Of a DNA stretch of 49,482 nucleotides, positions 22,223 through 31,907 are shown in pieces. The position numbers and the translations under genes were made by a program. The DNA is taken from the NCBI GenBank assembly GCA_937936805.1, contig CALDDP010000014.1, forward strand, positions 1 to 49,482, written 5' to 3'. Each line of letters opens with the position of its first letter. Position 1 is the first letter of the stretch. Below the pieces are notes generated by a model. The model had not been told where the DNA came from. It did no database searches and saw nothing but the letters and a program-made list of their open reading frames with translations. Source of the DNA: an uncultured Gammaproteobacteria bacterium (GTDB lineage: Bacteria; Pseudomonadota; Gammaproteobacteria; GCA-001735895).

Positions 22223-23335
22223 CTACCTACCTATTCTAAGGCGCGCGGTATTATCTTCGCGAACCCTGGGTGCGACGTCGATCTCCTCACCATTAAACAT
22301 GATTTCGACGCCATGACCATTGCCGAGGAAAACAGAAAATGGAGCCTGGCCGATCAACTCCACCGCCTCGTCCGCACGTAACAGGTCATACACCAGCTGA
22401 TACGAGTTAGCGTCTTTAATATCCGCCCAGGTATCGGCATGCACAACGAGGCTGACCTTGTCGGTACCGGCCGGCGCGATGCGCGAGGGTTCATTGCGCT
22501 TAACCTGGGTTGTTTGCAGCGAACCGGTTTCAGCTTCGGCCACTTCAGCTTCGGCGACTTCACCTTCGGCCCTTTCGGTTTCGGCGAGTTCACCTTCGGC
22601 GAGTTCACCTTCGGCGACTTCGGTTTCGACGACCTCAGTTTCGCCAACCTCACTTGCGACGACGTCCACTTCAACGACTTCACTTTCTGCGGCCTCGGCT
22701 GCTTCCGCAGCGGGTTGCTGCGTGGCCATGGACTCGGCAGTTTCGACCTCGGCTGCCGTCACCGCTGCTGGTAAACCATCAGTTGCCTCGACGGTTTCAC
22801 CTGCCTCGATCGATTCTTCCGAAACCGCCTCAATCTCACTGCTTACGACGACATCCGATTTAACACCCCCTTCGATAGCAGGAGTCTGCGTGTCCAGTGA
22901 AATCGGCGCCTCGGTGTCTTGCTCCCTGTTCCATAACCAGGCCGCAAGTGAAACACCGACAATTAACACGACGATATAAGTCGTCCACTTCACACGCGCA
23001 TCCGCTACCGACAATTCAGATGCCACGTTACTGGTTGAGGATATCGGTGGGTCTTCTCCGGAGTAAAAATCGATGTACTGATCTATCATATCGTCTTCAT
23101 CCAGCGAAACGATACGCGCATAGGCTCGCAAATAACCCTTGACGAAGATCGGAGCAGCAATTTCCTCGAAATGGTTGTCCTCTATGGCCTCAACGATACT
23201 GGTGCTCAAATGCATGCGCTTGGCGATATCATCAAGCGATATACCCATCTGGATTCGTGCCGCCTGCAAATGTTCGCCGGGACCAGCCGCGCTCGACCTC
23301 TGCGCATCCTTTCCCTGTTGGTCTACCGGGTCCAT
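22223..23335 (-). CDS. rodZ: cytoskeleton protein RodZ
   Basis: N-terminal XRE-type HTH (LQAARIQMGISLDDIAKRMHLS), a single TM (WTTYIVVLIVGVSLAAWLW), an acidic repeat linker and a C-terminal DUF4115-like domain. The start is trimmed to ATG 23335, directly after the pilW stop. Confidence 0.85.
   Translation of the reverse strand: MDPVDQQGKDAQRSSAAGPGEHLQAARIQMGISLDDIAKRMHLSTSIVEAIEDNHFEEIAAPIFVKGYLRAYARIVSLDEDDMIDQYIDFYSGEDPPISSTSNVASELSVADARVKWTTYIVVLIVGVSLAAWLWNREQDTEAPISLDTQTPAIEGGVKSDVVVSSEIEAVSEESIEAGETVEATDGLPAAVTAAEVETAESMATQQPAAEAAEAAESEVVEVDVVASEVGETEVVETEVAEGELAEGELAETERAEGEVAEAEVAEAETGSLQTTQVKRNEPSRIAPAGTDKVSLVVHADTWADIKDANSYQLVYDLLRADEAVELIGQAPFSVFLGNGHGVEIMFNGEEIDVAPRVREDNTARLRIGR
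22535..22654. repeat. eight imperfect tandem 15-bp units (TTCGGCGAGTTCACC-like) inside rodZ
   Basis: Read directly. On the coding strand they encode the (A/G)E(L/V)AE pentapeptide array ...EVAEGELAEGELAETERAEGEVAEAEVAEAE... Confidence 0.8.
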
Positions 23336-23336
23336 T

Positions 23337-24092
23337 TTACTGTATCGATTGCCATGCTTTGTATTCTTCGGAATTCGGGAATTCACTACCCAGGCGTTGC
23401 GCCAGCTCGGTAACGTCTCCCCTGCCATCTATCTGCAGGGTATTTCTAATCGTCAGCCATAAACTCCTTGCGGTAGGCCTGGCAACCAGGTGAAAACGGT
23501 CCAGATAGGGTTTGGCAGCAGTGTATTGGCCCTGGTCGAAAAGTAGCTGCCCCATTGCCAGCAAAGCAGGACCGAAATCGTTCCTCGCCGCGATCGCCTT
23601 GCGTAAATATTCTTTCGCTTTCTCGGTCTCACGCTGTTCACCAACCTGCAACAGGCAAAGCGCCGCATTGGTATAAGCAAACTCTGGAGTGCTATACAAG
23701 GGGTTTTTCAGTGCCTGTAAAAAGTACTTTTCAGATTCCAGTTCACGCCCGTTACGACACAGAAAGGCGCCATAATTATTGGCTGCCCGGGAATTCTTCG
23801 GATCCAGCGTGGTTGCCTTCTTGTAATGGTATTCCGCCTTTTCGGTTTGTAACAAACGATCCTGTAAAATGGCGAAAGCATTATGCGCAGAGGCAGAATT
23901 TGGATCCTGGCGCAATGCCTTGGACAGTTTTTCATTCGCCTGATCAAGATTATTCTGCTCCAGGTAGCCGATGCCGAGTTGCACATTGACCGCACTGGCC
24001 TGTTGGTTCTGATCTTTATCAACGACCGCCGTCATACAGGCCTGCAATAAACCGCACAACATCAAAGCCGGAATAATTTTATTAATGCGCAA
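23337..24092 (-). CDS. pilW: type IV pilus biogenesis/stability TPR lipoprotein PilW (PilF of P. aeruginosa)
   Basis: Lipobox LLQACM, TPR repeats throughout, and a conserved position between rlmN and rodZ. Confidence 0.8.
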   Translation of the reverse strand: MRINKIIPALMLCGLLQACMTAVVDKDQNQQASAVNVQLGIGYLEQNNLDQANEKLSKALRQDPNSASAHNAFAILQDRLLQTEKAEYHYKKATTLDPKNSRAANNYGAFLCRNGRELESEKYFLQALKNPLYSTPEFAYTNAALCLLQVGEQRETEKAKEYLRKAIAARNDFGPALLAMGQLLFDQGQYTAAKPYLDRFHLVARPTARSLWLTIRNTLQIDGRGDVTELAQRLGSEFPNSEEYKAWQSIQ

Positions 24093-25203
24093 GCGTCACC
24101 CCTTTAACTTCATTCAGACTCAGTTGATACTTCTCGCTGCGGCGACTGCGATCATGAAAAGCGCCTACCAGCTGACCGCAGGCAGCATCGATGTCGTCGC
24201 CGCGCGCACGTCGGGTTACGGTCACAATCCCCTTGCCCGCGGTGTAGTCGCGGAATCGGTCAATCGCTTCCTGCTCCGAACACCGGTAAATCGCATGTGG
24301 ATATGGATTGAAAGGGATAAGGTTCAGCTTGCAGGGAATGTTACCGATCAGCGCAACCAGCTGACGCGCGTGCTCAAGGCTGTCGTTGACTCCGTCCAGC
24401 ATAACGTACTCGAAAGTGATCTTGCGGCTCTTGTAGCCATCGATGTAACTGTGACAGGCGCGCATCAACTCCGCGATGGGATACTTGCGATTGATTGGCA
24501 CGAGCTGGTTGCGCAAACGATCGTTCGGGGCATGCAGCGACACCGCCAGCGCAACATCTGTAGACTGTTCCAGTTTTTCCATCGCCGGCACCACACCCGC
24601 AGTGCTTATCGTGACCCTCCGCTTGCTCAGCGCATAACCAAAGTCATCGCACATTGTATCGACTGCTGCGATGACAGCGTCAAAGTTCAGCAGCGGTTCG
24701 CCCATTCCCATCATGACGACATTGGTAACACCCTGCTCGTATCCCTCCGCCAGCAGGCTGTGATGGGCAAAATGAAGCTGGGCGATAATTTCTGCGGTGG
24801 TCAGGTTGCGATTAAAACCCTGCTTTGCGGTCGAACAGAAGCTGCAGTTCAGGGTACAGCCCAATTGTGAAGACACGCATAAGGTCATGCGCGATTTTTC
24901 CGGGATCAGGACACACTCGATGGCGTTGTCCGTGTCGTCGACGCTCAGCAACCACTTGCGCGTCCCATCGGTCGAGTGTTGCTGAGTCAGTATTTTTGGT
25001 CGCTCGATGCAGCAGTTCGCGCTCAAAAACTCGCGCAGGACTTTAGACATGTCGGTCATCAGGGAGAAATCGACTACACCGCGCTGATGAACCCATTGCA
25101 TCAACTGGCGGGCGCGAAACGGCTTCTCTCCATTGGAGACGAAAAACGTCTCGAGCGCTGCTCGATTGAAATCAAGTAAGTTAATTTTTCCAGTTTTGGA
25201 CAT
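24082..25203 (-). CDS. rlmN: 23S rRNA/tRNA (adenine-C2)-methyltransferase RlmN (radical SAM)
   Basis: N-terminal KINLLDF..ALETFF...GEKPFRARQLMQWVH, radical-SAM CSFCSTAKQG, GMGEPLLN, and C-terminal DIDAACGQL. Start trimmed to ATG 25203. Confidence 0.95.
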   Translation of the reverse strand: MSKTGKINLLDFNRAALETFFVSNGEKPFRARQLMQWVHQRGVVDFSLMTDMSKVLREFLSANCCIERPKILTQQHSTDGTRKWLLSVDDTDNAIECVLIPEKSRMTLCVSSQLGCTLNCSFCSTAKQGFNRNLTTAEIIAQLHFAHHSLLAEGYEQGVTNVVMMGMGEPLLNFDAVIAAVDTMCDDFGYALSKRRVTISTAGVVPAMEKLEQSTDVALAVSLHAPNDRLRNQLVPINRKYPIAELMRACHSYIDGYKSRKITFEYVMLDGVNDSLEHARQLVALIGNIPCKLNLIPFNPYPHAIYRCSEQEAIDRFRDYTAGKGIVTVTRRARGDDIDAACGQLVGAFHDRSRRSEKYQLSLNEVKGVTLAH

Positions 25204-25369
25204 CAGATCAGGTTCAGGTACTCTGGCTCGGCTCACTGCACTTCGCGGGCGATGACAAGCCGCCACTTCAATCGGCCGATTTTACGCATAAATTCGACTC
25301 AGTAGAAGTGAAATGCTTCGTCATATCAAGTATTCGCGGGCTTTTGCCAGATTTTCTCTGCAAAACAGC

Positions 25370-25397
25370 TTGTGAGCGCCTTGCAGCCAGATATAAT
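25370..25397 (+). promoter_or_regulatory. candidate sigma70 promoter for thrC (-35 TTGTGA, 16-nt spacer, -10 TATAAT)
   Basis: Consensus TATAAT at 25392-25397, about 40 nt upstream of the ATG at 25436. Confidence 0.45.
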
Positions 25398-25435
25398 TTG
25401 CCTCTTTGCCGCTCCAACAGACCCCAAGAGACCAG

Positions 25436-26917
25436 ATGATTTTCACTGAAACCCGAGGCAGTGATGGCACGCATGACAATCGTGTAAGCTTTTCGAGCGC
25501 ATTGCTGTCGCCGATCGCTTCGTTCGGTGGAATTTACAGCCCCGAGTCAATGCCACCAATCGACGCCGCGTTCCTGCGCCGACATCTACAGAGTTCCTAT
25601 AAGGAGCTGTCGCTGGCCCTGTTGCAGCACCTGGGTATTGATATCGACACGAAGGTGCTATCGAGTGCACTCGATCTGTACGATAAGTTTGATGATGCGG
25701 CCGATCCGGTCCCGGTAGTCAGGCTTGACGAGCATTTATTTGTCAGCGAGCTTTACCACGGCCCGACCCGCGCCTTCAAGGATATGGCATTACAGCCTTT
25801 TGGCCTGATTTTGTCCGAGCTGGCGCAACAGCGGGAGCAGCAGTACCTGATATTGACCGCCACCAGCGGAGATACCGGTCCGGCGGCACTGGAAACCTTT
25901 CGCAATCGCCCCAATATCCGCGTTGCCTGCCTGTATCCGGATGGCGGAACCTCGGATGTACAGCGCCTGCAAATGGTTACCGAGGATGCGCCGAATCTCA
26001 AGGTCATCGGGATTCACGGGAATTTTGACGATGCCCAATCGGCACTGAAATCTTTACTTTCATCGCCAAATTTCAACCGGCGCCTGGAGCAACTGGGCAT
26101 ATCCCTGTCAGCCGCGAACTCGGTAAATTTCGGGCGCATCATTTTTCAGATGCTGTACCAGTTTCACTGTTACCTGGCACTGGTTCGCCAGCGCGCGATC
26201 GAGCCGGGGGATGAAGTAGTGCTGCACATTCCAAGCGGCAACTTCGGTAACGCGCTGGGTGCCTACTATGCGCATCGCATGGGTTTGCCCATCGCAAAAA
26301 TCGTCATCGCTTCCAATGCCAATAACGTGTTGACCGAATGGATTAATAGCGGCTGCTATGACCTGAGTAAACGCGATCTGATAGCGACGACTTCACCGGC
26401 AATGGATATCCTCAAATCATCTAACGTGGAACGCGTGTTGTTCGACCTGTTTGGCCCGGCTCGCAACCGCGAACTGATGCAACAGCTCGATGTAGATGGT
26501 CGTTACCAGCTGGATCAACATGAACACCAGCAGATAACGAATATTTTTGCTGCCGATTTTTGTACGGATGAGGAAGGCGAACAGTACATTCGACAGGTGT
26601 TCGAGCAGGGTTACCTGGTGGATCCACACACGGCTACCTGCTTCAAGACCTGCCGCTCGGCCAGGTTCAAAGACGAGGTAAATATTATTTACTCTACCGC
26701 CGAATGGACCAAATTTGCCGCGGTGGTCGATAACGCGATAAACGCAAACCAACCGGACTCCGACCAGGCGGCCCTGCAATCTGTCTCGACCACCGCCGGA
26801 ATCGAGGTACCTGAGGTCATCGCCAGACTGTTTGACAAACCGATCGCCCACCCCGACATCATCGAAAAGCAGGCTATCGAAAGCGAAATTTTGAAGTTCC
26901 TCGAATCCGGAAATTAA
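25436..26917 (+). CDS. thrC: threonine synthase (long form)
   Basis: PLP-lysine block ELYHGPTRAFKDMALQ, TATSGDTG, SANSVNFGRI. Collinear with long (yeast/plant-like) ThrC. Start trimmed to ATG 25436. Confidence 0.92.
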   Translation: MIFTETRGSDGTHDNRVSFSSALLSPIASFGGIYSPESMPPIDAAFLRRHLQSSYKELSLALLQHLGIDIDTKVLSSALDLYDKFDDAADPVPVVRLDEHLFVSELYHGPTRAFKDMALQPFGLILSELAQQREQQYLILTATSGDTGPAALETFRNRPNIRVACLYPDGGTSDVQRLQMVTEDAPNLKVIGIHGNFDDAQSALKSLLSSPNFNRRLEQLGISLSAANSVNFGRIIFQMLYQFHCYLALVRQRAIEPGDEVVLHIPSGNFGNALGAYYAHRMGLPIAKIVIASNANNVLTEWINSGCYDLSKRDLIATTSPAMDILKSSNVERVLFDLFGPARNRELMQQLDVDGRYQLDQHEHQQITNIFAADFCTDEEGEQYIRQVFEQGYLVDPHTATCFKTCRSARFKDEVNIIYSTAEWTKFAAVVDNAINANQPDSDQAALQSVSTTAGIEVPEVIARLFDKPIAHPDIIEKQAIESEILKFLESGN

Positions 26918-27144
26918 GCTTCCGGCGCGAGGCCGACTTCGCTCCAGCAGATAATTCGACGCAGTGGATAGGGTTAGATCTTCCAGGGACAGAGGTTGGC
27001 GGAAATTTTGCGTACGCCGGTAACCTCGCATCGATCGCAAACGCAAGCAGCGATACGATCGACCCAATCAGGTTGACGAACTCGATATAACCCGGGCGGC
27101 TGTCAGATACATAATGCCTCAGGTAATCGCTTGCCCAGCACTTA

Positions 27145-27591
27145 TCAAAGCTCAGGCAAGGTCAAAACCATGCAACTGGCGGTATCCGGACAAAGCGATG
27201 CGAATTGACGGGTCTGGGTAATTGCGCGTGGAACCTGCGCACGATCTACGTTCGCAAACCCCAGCTTTTCGAAGTATGCCCCGGCAGTTTCGGTCAGCAG
27301 GTAGACGGCTTTTTTGCTGTCGGTTTCGGCCAGGCCGATCAGGTACCGGGAAATACATCGCGCCAGGCCGGATGAGCGATATTGCTCCCGCACCACGACG
27401 GAGCGCAGCAGCGCGTAATCCCCGGCTGGCTCGAGCCCACCCGCGGCAATCAGCTCATCGCCGTTGAATATTCCGAAAAAATTCTGCGCCTGCGCGGCAC
27501 AATCCTGCACGGGCAGATTATTGTTACGCAACAAGGCTTCCAGCTGGGCCAGGTTGGCGGGTTGCAATCTGCCTATCGGGCTGAAAGACAT
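27145..27591 (-). CDS. GNAT family N-acetyltransferase (ArsN2-like)
   Basis: 148 aa. Acetyl-CoA binding block LRSVVVREQYRSSGLARCI...YFEKLGF, with a C-terminal RQFASLCPDTASCM like the ArsN2/N-acetylglutamate-synthase-related subgroup. Confidence 0.78.
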   Translation of the reverse strand: MSFSPIGRLQPANLAQLEALLRNNNLPVQDCAAQAQNFFGIFNGDELIAAGGLEPAGDYALLRSVVVREQYRSSGLARCISRYLIGLAETDSKKAVYLLTETAGAYFEKLGFANVDRAQVPRAITQTRQFASLCPDTASCMVLTLPEL

Positions 27592-27609
27592 AACCCCGAC
27601 TCTGCCGGT

Positions 27610-28926
27610 CTAATCACCATCGAGCGTTTCGACACGAATCCGGTGCACTGCGCCGTGAACTGCCTCCAGGCCGGTAATCGCCTCGATGGCATCGACCATT
27701 TGCTGCTCACGAATCTTTTGCGTCAGCATGATAATCGTCGCCCGGGTCACTCCGCTTTCCGGTTCCTTCTGCAGAATCGCCTCGATGGAAATATCCTTGT
27801 CGCCCATGATGCGGGTAATCTCGGCCATAACGCCGGGACGGTCATCGACTCGCATGCGCAAATAGTAGGCGGTTTGGATCTCGGTGATCGGCAGGATCGG
27901 AATATCAACAATCTGATCGGGCTGAAAAGCCAGGTGCGGTACTCGATTTTGCGCATCGGTAGTGATCGTGCGAGCTACATCGATAATGTCCGCAATCACG
28001 GCAGACGCGGTTGGATCGGCACCGGCACCGGCGCCGTAGTAAAGTGAGGGTCCGAGCTTGTCAGCCTGCACCAGCACGGCATTCATGACACCATCGACAT
28101 TGGCGATCAGCCTTTTCTCCGGAATCAGGGTCGGATGCACGCGCATCTCGATACCCTTATCGGTACGTCGCGCGACACCGAGATGCTTGATGCGGTAACC
28201 GAGCTGGCCGGCATAGACCACGTCCTCGGTTGAGATACCGCTTATACCCTCGGTATAGACTGCGTCGAATTGCAACGGGATACCGAAGGCTATCGATGAC
28301 AGGATACAAAGCTTGTGTGCTGCGTCGATGCCCTCGACATCGAAAGTTGGATCGGACTCGGCGTAGCCCAGTTCCTGCGCCTCGCGCAAAACATCGTCAA
28401 AATCACGCCCCTTGTCGCGCATCTCGGTAAGAATAAAGTTACCGGTACCATTGATAATTCCAGCGACCGACTCGATGTGATTAGCACTCAGGCCTTCCCG
28501 AATCGACTTTATAATCGGTATGCCACCTGCGACGGCGGCTTCAAACACTACATTAACTCCCTGCTGCTGTGCCGCGGCAAAGATTTCATTTCCGTGTAAA
28601 GCGATCAAAGCCTTGTTGGCCGTTACTACATGCTTGCCATTTTCGATAGCCTGCATCACCAGATCCAGTGCTGGCTGGTAGCCACCAATCAATTCGATGA
28701 CGATATCGATAGCGGGATTGTTGACTACTTCAAAGGGATCGCCAACCAGGTCGATATCACCGCTCTCTGCCGGCAGGCCGGCGCTAACCGAGCGTCGCGA
28801 AGCCTGGATAATCTCAATCTTTCGCCCTGCGCGCCGCGCTATTTCGGCGGCATTATTTTTTAACACCATGGCGGTGCTGGCGCCCACAGTACCAACACCA
28901 AGCAAACCCAGTTTCACCGGTTTCAA
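27610..28926 (-). CDS. hom: homoserine dehydrogenase
   Basis: NAD-binding LGLLGVGTVG, catalytic domain and a C-terminal ACT domain. I prefer TTG 28926 (giving MKPVKLGLLG...) because it is preceded by GGAGA at a 6-nt spacing. The ORF-track start at 28998 is also a TTG. Confidence 0.92.
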   Translation of the reverse strand: MKPVKLGLLGVGTVGASTAMVLKNNAAEIARRAGRKIEIIQASRRSVSAGLPAESGDIDLVGDPFEVVNNPAIDIVIELIGGYQPALDLVMQAIENGKHVVTANKALIALHGNEIFAAAQQQGVNVVFEAAVAGGIPIIKSIREGLSANHIESVAGIINGTGNFILTEMRDKGRDFDDVLREAQELGYAESDPTFDVEGIDAAHKLCILSSIAFGIPLQFDAVYTEGISGISTEDVVYAGQLGYRIKHLGVARRTDKGIEMRVHPTLIPEKRLIANVDGVMNAVLVQADKLGPSLYYGAGAGADPTASAVIADIIDVARTITTDAQNRVPHLAFQPDQIVDIPILPITEIQTAYYLRMRVDDRPGVMAEITRIMGDKDISIEAILQKEPESGVTRATIIMLTQKIREQQMVDAIEAITGLEAVHGAVHRIRVETLDGD

Positions 28927-29057
28927 TCCTAGTCTCCAGAAGTATTCGCAGGGATTTTTCGAACGCGCAACCTTAAGAAATGTATCGCCGACTGTCAACC
29001 GCGGGCAACGCTTCGATTGCGTTGATCAGCTGACCAAATTACTTTATTCTGCGCGGC

Positions 29058-29432
29058 ATGCCTCTCGCCGAAGATATCGTTACCAGTCGCCACCGCATCA
29101 CCGCCTACAGCGCAAGTTCGGTGACCGTAAACGACAGCGTTTACCGGCAAAGCCTGGTTATCACCGCCAGCACTGTGCTTTGCCCGTGGCCAGTTAACTC
29201 GATGCAACAACTGGGCGCCGAAACCCTGGCGCCGATACTCGAAACGAAGCCCGCTGTAGTACTGCTCGGCACCGGCGAGCAGCAGTTATTTCCCGAGCCG
29301 AAGATATACGCACTGTTCGGCCAACAGGGAATCGGTCTCGAAGTCATGGACAACGGCGCCCTGTGCCGCACTTTCAACATCCTCGTCGCCGAGGACCGCG
29401 ACGTCACCGCCGCGATCGTCCTCCCCACCTGA
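29058..29432 (+). CDS. Mth938-like (DUF498, NDUFAF3-like) domain protein
   Basis: 124 aa. I.AYS...V.VN...Y..S.VI, VVLLGTGEQQLFP and GIGLEVMDNGAACRTFNIL are characteristic of this family. Confidence 0.75.
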   Translation: MPLAEDIVTSRHRITAYSASSVTVNDSVYRQSLVITASTVLCPWPVNSMQQLGAETLAPILETKPAVVLLGTGEQQLFPEPKIYALFGQQGIGLEVMDNGALCRTFNILVAEDRDVTAAIVLPT

Positions 29433-29476
29433 TCTCTACCAGTAGAGTGGCCACGGATCGAAGTCCCGGAGGCGGG

Positions 29477-30571
29477 TTATTCTTCGTTGATGATGTTGTC
29501 GCGCGAGTAACCGCTGTGTTCCAGGATGCGGCGCAGCTTGCGTAACGCATCCATCTGGATCTGGCGCACGCGTTCGCGAGTTACTCCAAGTTCGAGCCCG
29601 ACCTCTTCGAGGGTACCGCGCGGATGGTTGCGCAGGCCGAAGCGACGCACTACAACATCGCGCTGCTTTTCGTCGAGTTCATCCAGCCAGCTGTCGAGAT
29701 GTTTGATGACGCTTTCATCCTGCAGAATACTGGAAGGGTCGGCGTTGCTGTCATCGGGAATTACATCGAGTAAAGGACGCTCACCTTCACCGCCCATGGG
29801 GATATCAAAAGAAGAAACGCGATCGGCCAGCTTGAACATTTTTTCGACGTCCTTGACCGGTTTTTTCAGCAACCTGGCAACGTCTTCGGAAGTTGCTTCG
29901 CGGTTGAGTTCCTGGGTCAGTTTTCGCGCTGCTCTGAGGTAAGTGTTCAATTCCTTGATAACATGGATCGGTAACCTGATAGTTCGCGTCTGATTCATCA
30001 GGCCACGCTCTATGGTTTGCCTAATCCACCAGGTCGCGTAGGTGGAGAAACGGAAACCGCGCTCAGGATCAAATTTTTCTACCGCGCGAATCAGTCCGAG
30101 GTTACCCTCTTCGATCAAATCGAGCAGTGCCAGTCCTCGATTCATGTAACGACGCGCGATTTTCACCACCAGGCGCAAATTACATTCGATCATTTTGTCG
30201 CGCGCCGCGGTGTCGCCTTTTAGCGAGAGGCGCGAATAATAGACTTCCTCTTCCGCGGTCAACAGCGGCGAGACTTCTATTTCCTTGAGATAAAGCCGGG
30301 TCGGGTCGGAATCTGATGCACGGCGAGTGGTGGTCTTGCGACGATCTGCCTCCGGCTTGCGACGTTCGACAAATTTTTCGCTCTCGGTAACGTCATCGTC
30401 ATCGCTTTCATCTTCATCATCATCGCTTGCGATGGTCTCATCTGCAGCCGAATCGTCATCGTCATCGCCATCGAGGTCTGCGGCTTCCCGGTCTTCCACC
30501 AGGTTCTCTACCAGCTCTTCAGGCGGTATTTCAGTATCTTCGATAAGTGACTTATCGGTCGACTTGGTCAT
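29477..30571 (-). CDS. rpoS: RNA polymerase sigma factor RpoS (with acidic N-terminal extension)
   Basis: Sigma-70 regions 1.2-4. [53 protein letters not shown] is RpoS-like. It lies directly downstream of nlpD, as in other Gammaproteobacteria. Confidence 0.9.
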   Translation of the reverse strand: MTKSTDKSLIEDTEIPPEELVENLVEDREAADLDGDDDDDSAADETIASDDDEDESDDDDVTESEKFVERRKPEADRRKTTTRRASDSDPTRLYLKEIEVSPLLTAEEEVYYSRLSLKGDTAARDKMIECNLRLVVKIARRYMNRGLALLDLIEEGNLGLIRAVEKFDPERGFRFSTYATWWIRQTIERGLMNQTRTIRLPIHVIKELNTYLRAARKLTQELNREATSEDVARLLKKPVKDVEKMFKLADRVSSFDIPMGGEGERPLLDVIPDDSNADPSSILQDESVIKHLDSWLDELDEKQRDVVVRRFGLRNHPRGTLEEVGLELGVTRERVRQIQMDALRKLRRILEHSGYSRDNIINEE

Positions 30572-30583
30572 TCAGAGGTTCCT

Positions 30584-31309
30584 TTATTGATTAGGCAAAT
30601 ACTTCATTGGATCTACCGGCTTGCCATTTCGTCTAATCTCAAAATGTAACTTTGCGGTGTTATCTCTGCGTCCCATTCTTGCTACAACCTTCCCCGACTT
30701 TACCGAAGCCCCTTCTTGCACCAGACGTTCCTGGCAATAGGCATAAGCACTTAAATAGGTATCGCTATGTTTGATTATGATGAGATTACCATAACCGGAC
30801 AAACCATTACCACTATATACAACCTTCCCATCGGCCACCGCGCGCACCGGCTGTCCGAATTTACCCGCAATGTCGATGCCGCGACGATCAAGCTGGGAGG
30901 CAAGGAAAGTATTCAGCGGTTTGCCCTGCGTCGGCCAGATCCATTTTACCGGACTACGCCCGCTGTACTGGTCGTTGCTGCCGGTGGTGGTGCTGGCTTT
31001 GGGTTTGGATGTTGCTTTTGTTTTTGTTTTTGTAGCAGGTTTCTGCACGCTGCTACCGGCGACAGTTTTACTGTCCGGTTTTATCATGCGCAGGCGCTGC
31101 CCCGGATGAATCGGGGTATTGACATCAATCTGGTTCCAGCGCGCCAGTTGCTTGTAGTCGAGCCCGTAGCGCCAGGCAATCGAATACAACGTATCGCTGC
31201 GTTTGACCGTATACCAGCCGGGGCCCCTGGAAACATAAGTGGGCGGTTTTACCGTAACACAGGATACCAGCAACATTACTGCGACAGCGGTAACAATGGC
31301 TGATTTCAT
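30584..31309 (-). CDS. nlpD: murein hydrolase activator NlpD (LysM + degenerate M23 lipoprotein)
   Basis: Lipobox LLVSCV, LysM (YTVKRSDTLYSIAWRYG..QLARWN), a K/T/S-rich linker and a C-terminal M23 domain. Part of the surE-pcm-nlpD-rpoS synteny. Confidence 0.88.
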   Translation of the reverse strand: MKSAIVTAVAVMLLVSCVTVKPPTYVSRGPGWYTVKRSDTLYSIAWRYGLDYKQLARWNQIDVNTPIHPGQRLRMIKPDSKTVAGSSVQKPATKTKTKATSKPKASTTTGSNDQYSGRSPVKWIWPTQGKPLNTFLASQLDRRGIDIAGKFGQPVRAVADGKVVYSGNGLSGYGNLIIIKHSDTYLSAYAYCQERLVQEGASVKSGKVVARMGRRDNTAKLHFEIRRNGKPVDPMKYLPNQ

Positions 31310-31319
31310 TTATCGACGT

Positions 31320-31907
31320 CTACTGAGTGAGGTAGTAAAAACCGATCGCCAGTAACAGAATAACGACGATGGCCCATCCTATGTATTCAATATACCTGAC
31401 TAACCTGGGTTCGATTGCCGGCCCGAACCGGGCCAGGCACCAGGCGAGCAGGAAAAAGCGGGCACCGCGCCCGATAATCGAAGCCAGCACAAACGGGATA
31501 ATCGCCAGGTTCAATACGCCGGCCGCAATGGTGAAAATCTTGTACGGGACAGGTGAAAATCCGGCTACCAGCACCGCCCAGAAACCCCATTGTTCAAACC
31601 AGATCGTGACCGTTTCAAACCTGGCCTGATAACCCCATTCGATGATAAAAGGCTCTACCTGGTCGAACAGAAATGCACCGATCAAGTATCCGACCAGACC
31701 ACCGAGCACGGAAAAAAACAGGGTTAGCATCGCAAACCGCATTGCCAGCGAAGGCCTCGACAATGACATCGGCGCGAGCATTACATCGGGTGGGGGAAAC
31801 GGCAGGATAAAGGATTCGACAAAACTTAGCAGCGACAAATAATACGGTGCGTGCAGGTGGCGTGAATAGCGCATCACGCGATGGTAGATAGTCTCAAATA
31901 ACTGCAC
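31320..31907 (-). CDS. YqaA/DedA-related (SNARE-associated domain) inner-membrane protein
   Basis: Multi-TM protein with ...SFVESFILPFPPPDVML... and the motif GRGARFFLL. The start (GTG 31907 or an internal ATG) is uncertain. Confidence 0.7.
   Translation of the reverse strand: MQLFETIYHRVMRYSRHLHAPYYLSLLSFVESFILPFPPPDVMLAPMSLSRPSLAMRFAMLTLFFSVLGGLVGYLIGAFLFDQVEPFIIEWGYQARFETVTIWFEQWGFWAVLVAGFSPVPYKIFTIAAGVLNLAIIPFVLASIIGRGARFFLLAWCLARFGPAIEPRLVRYIEYIGWAIVVILLLAIGFYYLTQ

Noticed and set aside
24085-24870. 261-aa ORF antisense to rlmN, and similar antisense ORFs at 7459-8112 (ligA), 27382-28047 (hom), 15605-16282 (M23 peptidase), 30767-31303 (nlpD), 2900-3403 (rsd) and 26417-27067 (thrC)
   Set aside because: Each lies wholly inside a gene with strong family signatures on the other strand. 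Each shows arbitrary composition (R/A/G-rich) without motifs, so these are shadow ORFs.
26918-27144. Open frame without a start codon on the minus strand in the thrC-GNAT spacer (…HYVSDSRPGYIEFVNLIGSIVSLLAFAIDARLPAYAKF…)
   Set aside because: It has a helix-like hydrophobic stretch, but no ATG/GTG/TTG, no RBS and no recognisable family. It could be a gene remnant, but I cannot support that from sequence alone.
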